From positions 1 through 25,433 of IMG/VR virus record IMGVR_UViG_3300037786_000035: DNA of 25,433 nucleotides; one strand, written 5' to 3'. This DNA comes from a virus. Lineage: Duplodnaviria; Caudoviricetes. Both the position numbers and the translations under genes were made by a program. The first letter of the stretch is position 1. Each line of letters starts with the position of its first letter. A model generated the notes under the pieces. The model searched no databases and was not told the origin of the DNA. It was given only the letters and a program-made list of their open reading frames with translations. Positions 7,884-14,186 of the stretch are shown here, one piece after another.

Positions 7884-8077
7884 TGGGACTGCATGAACAG
7901 CTGGCGAAATCGCATCCGTCGATCGAGCGTGGACGCGTCTGGTGTACACACTGCGGCAACAGCTGCAGAGTGAACCCTGCCCACGCACTGGCGCATGGAT
8001 GGCCGGAGTGTTGTGGGGAGACGATGACGATCGACTCACCTGCTGAGCGTGAGCGGCTTGCGAAGGCGGGTGAGTGA
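7880..8077 (+). CDS. Small Zn-ribbon protein
   Basis: CTHCG...WPECCGETM; overlapping start/stop at both ends. Confidence 0.7.
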   Translation: MMGLHEQLAKSHPSIERGRVWCTHCGNSCRVNPAHALAHGWPECCGETMTIDSPAERERLAKAGE

Positions 8078-8544
8078 TGAGCGGATACTGCACGCAATGC
8101 GGCGACGACGTGTGCTCCTGCGCGTCGAGTCGTCGGTCAGCAGACCGACCGCACTGCACCCTCTGCGCCGGCAGCGGCAAGGTCGAGCTGATCAACCGCT
8201 TCGGGTTGGCGGAGGAGAGCGAGTGCCCGGAGTGCCTTCGCGAGCTCCTCACGGAACGCAACGAGCGCGACTACGACATCAAGATGGGGCTGCACAAGCG
8301 GTGCGCCGAGCTGCGTGCGAAGCTCGAGTTCGTGCGCGGAACGCGCCCGAATGGGTCCGCACCTCCGCCGACCAAGAAGCCGCGGTACATCGTTATCGAT
8401 CGGTGCACGCCGGCACTCGAGCGGGCCAAGGTTGAAAACGCGATCAAGGTCAGCGGCAAACCAATCCGCAATCCAACGCAGCAAGGTATCCGCCTGAATC
8501 CAACTGATCCGCCGAGTTCACCGCCACCGGATATGAGACAATGA
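8074..8544 (+). CDS. Cys-rich hypothetical protein
   Basis: CTQC, CSC, CTLCAGSG and CPEC motifs; translational coupling at both ends. Confidence 0.65.
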   Translation: MMSGYCTQCGDDVCSCASSRRSADRPHCTLCAGSGKVELINRFGLAEESECPECLRELLTERNERDYDIKMGLHKRCAELRAKLEFVRGTRPNGSAPPPTKKPRYIVIDRCTPALERAKVENAIKVSGKPIRNPTQQGIRLNPTDPPSSPPPDMRQ

Positions 8545-8936
8545 GCCCCGCAGTGCAACGCGGCGTGTATGCCGACAACTGGGACGAGCTCGCACGCGAG
8601 ACCAAGGACGCGGCGGGGTGGCGCTGCGTGCGTTGCGATCATGCGCACGACCCCTCGGCGGGCTACTGCCTCACCGTCCACCACTTCGACGGCGATAAGT
8701 GCAACAACCGGCCCTGGAACCTCATGGCCCTCTGCCAGCGCTGCCACCTGTCCGTCCAGGCACGCGTCGACCCCGACGTCCCGCTGCTCACCGAGCCGGC
8801 CGACTGGGCGCGGCCGTACATCGCCGGCTTCTACGAATCAGGCAACGGGATGCCCGGGCCGACGTATGATCTCGCGGCGTGGATCGAGAAGTACCAGGCG
8901 AGCGGGCGGGAGTGGCCGGATTGGGGGGTGCGATGA
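8541..8936 (+). CDS. HNH endonuclease
   Basis: CVRC...LTVHHFDGDKCNNRPWNLMALCQRCH. Confidence 0.88.
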   Translation: MSPAVQRGVYADNWDELARETKDAAGWRCVRCDHAHDPSAGYCLTVHHFDGDKCNNRPWNLMALCQRCHLSVQARVDPDVPLLTEPADWARPYIAGFYESGNGMPGPTYDLAAWIEKYQASGREWPDWGVR

Positions 8937-9373
8937 GCGAGCAACTAGCTGTAGACAACCGGCATCAGGCCAAGCGTGCGCTCCGTGCTGAGCTCGAGCA
9001 GAAGGCGGCGTTGATTCGTGAAGAGCTCAAGGTCCTCAACCAGAGAAGAGACGAGCTCAGCAACCAGCTCGAATCCATCCAGATTGTTCTCAAGGATGTG
9101 TTTCGACCCGTGACGACAAGGACGGCGTATGGAACCACTGTCAGCGAGCTGGATTATGCACTCGATCAACTTCCCGATGGCCGGTTCAGAGTAGCTTTGC
9201 TCTGCGAATTCGCGGAAAACATACAAGTAGATCGGAGGCGACTCTCAAAGGCGCTCTCAAAGAAATTACGAGAGGGTGACGGGAAGTACGTCACCAAGTA
9301 TTACGAGATCCGAGTGGAAGAACCGAGTGTTGGCCGCCGGGGCAGAATCTATTCGAAGCACAGCTACGGCTGA
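8933..9373 (+). CDS. Hypothetical protein (146 aa), N-terminal coiled coil and possible winged helix
   Basis: ATGA overlap at 8933, heptad-like N-terminus, visibly lower GC, followed by a terminator. Confidence 0.7.
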   Translation: MSEQLAVDNRHQAKRALRAELEQKAALIREELKVLNQRRDELSNQLESIQIVLKDVFRPVTTRTAYGTTVSELDYALDQLPDGRFRVALLCEFAENIQVDRRRLSKALSKKLREGDGKYVTKYYEIRVEEPSVGRRGRIYSKHSYG

Positions 9374-9397
9374 ATCAAGCATCCAATATCGATCACC

Positions 9398-9440
9398 AAA
9401 ACCGGGCGCCGGCAGCACACGCTGCTCGCGTCCGGTTTTT
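9398..9440 (+). terminator. Rho-independent terminator ending the replication/accessory operon
   Basis: Long stem around loop ACAC (two G-U pairs on the + strand, one mismatch) ending in TTTTT. Confidence 0.75.
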
Positions 9441-9464
9441 CGTGCGCTCAACTCATCGCCTCAT

Positions 9465-9499
9465 AAAAAAACCGCCCCTCCCGACGAGGAAGGGGCAGC
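9465..9499 (-). terminator. Rho-independent terminator (minus strand)
   Basis: GCTGCCCCTTCC-TCGTC-GGGAGGGGCGG then TTTTTTT; the wobble pairs work only on the minus strand. Confidence 0.85.
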
Positions 9500-9531
9500 A
9501 TTTCAAATCTATCCATCCCAAGGGAACAGAC
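9465..9531 (-). ncRNA. Predicted ~67-nt small RNA of unknown family
   Basis: Bounded by a sigma70-type promoter and an intrinsic terminator; no complete ORF; folds as two hairpins. Confidence 0.55.
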
Positions 9532-9537
9532 GGTCCC

Positions 9538-9565
9538 AAAATACCCTCCGCCGAGACGCTGTCAA
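9538..9565 (-). promoter_or_regulatory. Sigma70-type promoter
   Basis: Minus strand TTGACA (9565-9560), 16-nt spacer, TATTTT (9543-9538). Confidence 0.6.
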
Positions 9566-9620
9566 GCGGAATCTGCGGTCCTGGTGGGGGCGGTCGGCTT
9601 GCCCTGGCTGTGCGCTCGGC

Positions 9621-9851
9621 TCAGCGCCTCGGCCAGATCCTTGTCCAGCCGTGGTCGTCGTCGTGCGGCTTGGGGTCGTTCATCCCGGGGAAGTACAGCC
9701 CGCCACGCCGGGGCTTGCGGCCGAGTGTCCAGGGGCGACGCAGGAAGCGGCGGGCATGATCGGGCCAGAGCATCGCCCAGAGACCCAGCACGCCGAAGAG
9801 TGCGGGGAGAGCGATGCTTGCGAGCACGGTCCAGGGGATGTCGGTGAGCAT
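9621..9851 (-). CDS. Small single-pass membrane protein (76 aa), moron-like
   Basis: MLTDIPWTVLASIALPALFGVLGLWAMLWPDHARRFLRRPW...: one TM helix then a basic tail; extended -10 just upstream. Confidence 0.6.
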   Translation of the reverse strand: MLTDIPWTVLASIALPALFGVLGLWAMLWPDHARRFLRRPWTLGRKPRRGGLYFPGMNDPKPHDDDHGWTRIWPRR

Positions 9852-9857
9852 GGACCG

Positions 9858-9866
9858 AGCGTAGCA
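9858..9866 (-). promoter_or_regulatory. Extended -10 promoter giving a leaderless mRNA
   Basis: Minus strand TGC-TACGCT-CGGTCC-ATG (TGnTAnnnT 6 nt before the ATG). Confidence 0.45.
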
Positions 9867-9999
9867 CACGCGGCTGCAGCATGCAGATCCCCGCACCCCG
9901 TCGCTCGGAGCATTGCGGGGCAACGCAGATCCCGCTCGAGCGATCGCCCGCCCCCGCTCCCCCCTCCAGATGGCAAAATGGCGGTTGGGCTGGGGCGGC

Positions 10000-10120
10000 A
10001 GGCCCCCCCCCCCGGGCCTTGGGTCCTCCGGCTGGGGGCCGGTTTTCCGCAGGTTGTTCGCGTCGCATTTTGCGAGAATTTTTTGCACTATCCCTTTGAT
10101 TTGCAGCAACTTATGCAAAT
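10000..10120 (+). other. Candidate cos packaging region
   Basis: GGGTCCT at 10021-10027 equals lambda cosQ, preceded by a C11 run and followed by an AT-rich tract; non-coding; the terminase is GpA-type. Confidence 0.4.
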
Positions 10121-10512
10121 CCACCGCACTTTGGCACCCCGCCGGCTTTGATTGGGTGCCTGACCCCCTCCGCCGTCGGCTTTGAACCGGGGGCGGGGGT
10201 GCGAAGTTCTGGTTCATCGCGGCGCACCGCCCCTGGTGTTCTCGGAATACCTGAGAAGTTCTCAGCTGCTGCGCCGAGAAGCGCACCAAGTTTCCCTCCC
10301 AGCCCCGTCGGCGGATGGGCCCAGCGGCCGGGCGGGTGCGGGCGAGCGGAAAAAACCGGCCGGACCCCGCGCGCGATCGGCCCGGAGCGTGTACACTCAC
10401 GCCGCCAGGACACACGAACCGCGCCGCCTCGCGCCCGGGGTCGCCCCTCGCCAGAGGCCCGAGCGATTGACGACGACGCCGAATCCGCACGCGACGCGTG
10501 CAGGATGTTTGT

Positions 10513-11154
10513 GTGTCCCGATCGGCCCCCACCATCGACCCCGAACGCCGCGAAGCGATCGCCCGCGTGCTGCGCCTGACGCGCTGCCAGCCGGGCACCG
10601 CGATCGACTGGCACGAGCACCTGGGCCTCGCCGGTTCGTGCACGAAGCTGCTCGTCCGCGGCCGCCCTGACCTCCAGCCGCTGCGCTCGGACCTGTACCA
10701 CGAGCACATGCCGACGCTCAAGCGGTGCGCCGAGCTCTTCAACCCCCGCCGCGGCTACCGGTTCTCGAGCTACGCGATGTCCGCGATGATCAAGAACCGC
10801 CCGCAGTACATCAACGCGGTCAACCACCTGGGCCCGCGCGTGCGCAACCCCCGCCCACGGCCCATGCGGATCCAGAGCTGGATGGGCTCGGCGATCGCCG
10901 ACCCGTCGTCGACGGACCCGGCGGAGCAGGCGGAGCTCGCCGACGAGATCGCCTCGCTCCGCGCCGCGCTGGACAGGTGCACGCCCGACGACCGCGGCCT
11001 CGTGCTGCTCCGTATGTCCCGCGGGCTCACCCAGCGCGCAGCCGCCGCCCGCATCGGCATCGACCGGCTGACCGCGGGCAGCCGCGAGCGCAAGCTCCGC
11101 AAGCGCCTCGCGGTCGAGCTCGGAGATACACCAGGAGGATCCAGCTCGGGCTGA
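10513..11154 (+). CDS. Sigma-70 family RNA polymerase sigma factor (regions 2 and 4)
   Basis: AELFNPRRGYRFSSYA resembles region 2.3; C-terminal HTH GLTQRAAAARIGIDRLTAGSRERKLRKRL; GTG start after AGGA (10498 is an alternative). Confidence 0.8.
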   Translation: MSRSAPTIDPERREAIARVLRLTRCQPGTAIDWHEHLGLAGSCTKLLVRGRPDLQPLRSDLYHEHMPTLKRCAELFNPRRGYRFSSYAMSAMIKNRPQYINAVNHLGPRVRNPRPRPMRIQSWMGSAIADPSSTDPAEQAELADEIASLRAALDRCTPDDRGLVLLRMSRGLTQRAAAARIGIDRLTAGSRERKLRKRLAVELGDTPGGSSSG

Positions 11155-11279
11155 GATTCACACAGATCAACAAGGAGCGGAGCCGGGCGCGCCAACGCCC
11201 GGCCCCCGAGCCCCGGCAACGCATTTGCATCGCAAACGCCGGGACACAGTGGAGATAGTACGCAAGGAAGCGACAACGA

Positions 11280-11966
11280 ATGACCAAGTCCTCAACCCCG
11301 ATCCACCGCGTGATCCGCGGCGACTCAATGTCCAAAATCCGCAAGGTGCAAACGGAGAGCGTCCGCCTCGTCTGCACCGACCCGCCCTACGGCGTTGGTT
11401 ACGTGTCGACCAAGGGTGTGCGGGTGCTCAATGACGAGCATCCATACATCTGGTGGTTGCACGAAGCGAACCGCGTCACGATGGACGGCGGTGCGTTGAT
11501 CTGTTTCACCCGCTGGGACGTCCAAGAGGTGTTCCGCATGGCGATCGAGTGCGCTGGCTTCAAAGTGCAGTCCCAGCTTGTCTGGGACAAACGCGCCTAC
11601 GGCATGGGCGACTGCAAGGCGCAGTTCGCCCCGAATCACGAAGTGATCTGGTTCGCAACGAAGGGGGCCTTCGCGTTCCCCGGTCCCCGTCCAGCGAGCG
11701 TCATCACCGAAGCGCGTCCGCACCATAAACACCGATTCCACCCCACCGAGAAGCCCGTCTCGCTCCTCGCCTCGCTCATCCGATCCACGACGCAGGAGCG
11801 TGATCTTGTCCTCGACCCGTTCGCGGGTTCGTGCAGCTGCGGCGTCGCGTGCGTGCGCACGAATCGTCGGTTCGTCGGCATCGAGCTCGACGGGAGATAC
11901 GCGAGCCGGGGTCGCCAGCGGATCGCAGAGGCACGCGGGAAGGGGACGCTGTTTGAAAACACCTAA
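11280..11966 (+). CDS. DNA methyltransferase, N6-adenine/N4-cytosine, beta class
   Basis: TDPPY before HPTEKP and VLDPFAGS...GIELD. Confidence 0.93.
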   Translation: MTKSSTPIHRVIRGDSMSKIRKVQTESVRLVCTDPPYGVGYVSTKGVRVLNDEHPYIWWLHEANRVTMDGGALICFTRWDVQEVFRMAIECAGFKVQSQLVWDKRAYGMGDCKAQFAPNHEVIWFATKGAFAFPGPRPASVITEARPHHKHRFHPTEKPVSLLASLIRSTTQERDLVLDPFAGSCSCGVACVRTNRRFVGIELDGRYASRGRQRIAEARGKGTLFENT

Positions 11967-11993
11967 GCCAGACCCCACGATCAGGAGGCAAGG

Positions 11994-12668
11994 ATGCCGA
12001 GCAAGTCCAAACGCCGCGCGAAGAACAAGGCCCGCGCGAAATCCAAGAACCCCGGCAAACGCAGGGGCAACAAGCCCGCCGCCGTGCACAAGGGCGGCGA
12101 CGGCGGCACCTACGTCAAGCGCAAGCGCAAGCGGTTCTGGAAAGCGAACGGACAGGTGTACGTCACCGGCCTGGACATCCGCGACGGAGAGGCGCTCGGC
12201 GCGTTCCTCGCGTCGCTCGTCGAGACCAAGGACAAGTGCGACCGCGCGCACAACAAGAAGCGGCTGATCGTCCCCGGCCTGCCCGAGCAGAGCGACGACT
12301 CGTGGACGCTGGTGCCCTTGTGCGAGCTCACCGGCCGCCCCGGCCCGCTGCCCGGGCGGCTGCGGCGTTACCACCCGAGCCAGATGACGAGCCGCGGCGT
12401 CGCGTTCGACTCGATGTACGACCACGTCGCACTGGTGACGATGTACTACCGCGCCCAGGGCATCGAGCTGGGCATGCGGACGATGCACGGGCGGCACGCG
12501 CGCAGCGAGCACGACCGCGCGATCGCGCTGAGCGGGCTGAGCGTGCACGAGGCCCGCGCGATGACGCAGCAACGCACCGACCAGGAGCTGACCGCCGAGG
12601 AGCGATCGCTCGAGGACCAGGCCACCGAACTCATCGAGCGGGCCGACAAACAGAAAGGAACCATATGA
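11994..12668 (+). CDS. Hypothetical protein (224 aa) with very basic N-terminus
   Basis: AGGAGG RBS, phage-like codon usage, ATGA overlap downstream. Confidence 0.75.
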   Translation: MPSKSKRRAKNKARAKSKNPGKRRGNKPAAVHKGGDGGTYVKRKRKRFWKANGQVYVTGLDIRDGEALGAFLASLVETKDKCDRAHNKKRLIVPGLPEQSDDSWTLVPLCELTGRPGPLPGRLRRYHPSQMTSRGVAFDSMYDHVALVTMYYRAQGIELGMRTMHGRHARSEHDRAIALSGLSVHEARAMTQQRTDQELTAEERSLEDQATELIERADKQKGTI

Positions 12669-12910
12669 ACACCGACAACACCGCCGCACACCTCGCCCCA
12701 CTCTTGGCGATCTGCCATCGCAACTTGTACAAGATGCACAAGGTCTCGTGGTCCCCCCGCGTTCGAGCAGGATCGGTCAGATCATCCTGGCGGATGCCGC
12801 GCGATACACACGATGAAACCGAGCCCGCACCGACCCGCCAGATGCGCCGCCGGCGAGAACGTGACGCCATCAAGTCCGCACGCCGCAAGCGCAACGGGGT
12901 CCACGCGTAG
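12665..12910 (+). CDS. Small basic hypothetical protein (81 aa)
   Basis: AAAGGA RBS, ATG 12665 overlaps the upstream stop; Arg-rich C-terminus. Confidence 0.55.
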   Translation: MNTDNTAAHLAPLLAICHRNLYKMHKVSWSPRVRAGSVRSSWRMPRDTHDETEPAPTRQMRRRRERDAIKSARRKRNGVHA

Positions 12911-13009
12911 CCGCGACGGAGAATCGAAAATTTACAACCGCCCCCACGCCCCGCAAACGCGGATTTCCCGCGTCCCGCAGCCCGAACCGCCCCCAAAACA
13001 CGCCCCGCG

Positions 13010-13028
13010 TGTCCGGGATTCCCGGACA
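13010..13028. promoter_or_regulatory. 9-1-9 palindrome, candidate operator before the packaging operon
   Basis: TGTCCGGGA-T-TCCCGGACA followed by an AT-rich stretch and GAGG before GTG 13056. Confidence 0.5.
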
Positions 13029-13055
13029 AAGTTGATAGGTCTATAGAGGGACACC

Positions 13056-13289
13056 GTGCTCAAGCCCATCAACGAAATCACAACCGCCGAGCACGCGCTC
13101 GTCACCGGCTTCGTTGCCGGCAGCTCGCCGCGTCGGCTCGCGGTGCTGCTGCGGTTCTTCGAGGGCCAGAGCGTCCGCTACACCGCGGACCAGACCGGCC
13201 TGCCGCCGTCGACCGTCCACGACCTCGCGCGAGGCTTCGAGCCCGTCTACGAGCTCTGGCGGGCCGAGCAGAAGCGGGCCGCCGCATGA
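13056..13289 (+). CDS. Small HTH protein (sigma region 4-like)
   Basis: VLLRFFEGQSVRYTADQTGLPPSTVHDL. Confidence 0.7.
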   Translation: MLKPINEITTAEHALVTGFVAGSSPRRLAVLLRFFEGQSVRYTADQTGLPPSTVHDLARGFEPVYELWRAEQKRAAA

Positions 13290-13334
13290 GCATGACGCAC
13301 CCAACCCCAGACCACCCACCCGGAGCCCCATGAT

Positions 13335-14186
13335 GTGACCGCCTTTGCTCTTGAGCAGCCCACCGACGACTACCCGCTCACCACCGGCGCGCTCGCCAAG
13401 CTCATCGCCGAACGCCTCGGCGGCGACGGCCCGACAACCCAGACCATCCGCAACCACGCCCAGGCGGGCACGATCAAGAGCTGGAAGCGGTTCGGCAAGC
13501 TGCTGCGGTTCAAACCCGCCGCGGCCCAGGAATACCTCGCCAACGCCCCGTCGCCCTCGCGCGGCGGCAAACGCAAAAACGCCGGACGCAAGAAAAACAA
13601 ACCCGCCGAGCGGACCGACGCCCCGCTCACGAGCAGACACGCCGACGCCGCCGAGCTCCGCGCCACGATCGCCGCCCGCGCAGCCGACAACGAGTACCCC
13701 GAGGACGCGATGCGTCTGGAGGACGTGCTCAACCTGAGTACCGCCGAGCTCCGCGTGCTCGCGTGGATCGGCTTCGAGGAGATCCGGCTGAACACCGCCG
13801 CGATCTCGCGGATGAAAGAGATCCAGTCCGAGCAGCTCACCGCCATGAAGCTCGCGAAGGAACGCGGCGAGCTCGTCAAGGCCGACGCCGTGACGAGCGC
13901 ATGGACCGAGTCCTGCCAGCGCGTGATCGAGGCGATGAACGCGTTGCCCAAGCGGGCGGCCGACACGCTCGCCAGCGTCGCCTGGGTGACAGACGAAACG
14001 ATCGACCAGCTCTGCTCGATGCTGCACCACCAGGGCACCGAGCCCGATGTCATCGACGAGGCCCGCGCGATCCTCGCGCGGCCCGCCGACCACCGCACAC
14101 GGATCCGCGCCGTGCTCGACGCGCAGACCGCCCGCGTGCGTGAATCGATCGCCGAGCAGCCGCCCGCGGGGCTCGCCGCGCCATGA
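13335..14186 (+). CDS. Terminase small subunit (Nu1-like)
   Basis: N-terminal wHTH, MKLAKERGELVKADAV motif typical of GpA-associated TerS, ATGA overlap with TerL. Confidence 0.8.
   Translation: MTAFALEQPTDDYPLTTGALAKLIAERLGGDGPTTQTIRNHAQAGTIKSWKRFGKLLRFKPAAAQEYLANAPSPSRGGKRKNAGRKKNKPAERTDAPLTSRHADAAELRATIAARAADNEYPEDAMRLEDVLNLSTAELRVLAWIGFEEIRLNTAAISRMKEIQSEQLTAMKLAKERGELVKADAVTSAWTESCQRVIEAMNALPKRAADTLASVAWVTDETIDQLCSMLHHQGTEPDVIDEARAILARPADHRTRIRAVLDAQTARVRESIAEQPPAGLAAP

Noticed and set aside
10130-10146. Sigma54 promoter (TTGGCAC)
   Set aside because: No TTGC -12 element at the required spacing.
9852-10742. Upstream part of the 373-aa minus-strand ORF and the other ORFs across 9276-10500
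   Set aside because: Low-complexity translations crossing terminators and the candidate cos region; only the last 76 codons look like a protein.
11182-11203. Hairpin GCCGGGCG/CGCCCGGC after the sigma gene as a terminator
   Set aside because: No U-tract on either strand.
13286-13333. 15-codon ORF between the HTH gene and terS
   Set aside because: Too short to support; no evidence beyond an ATGA overlap.
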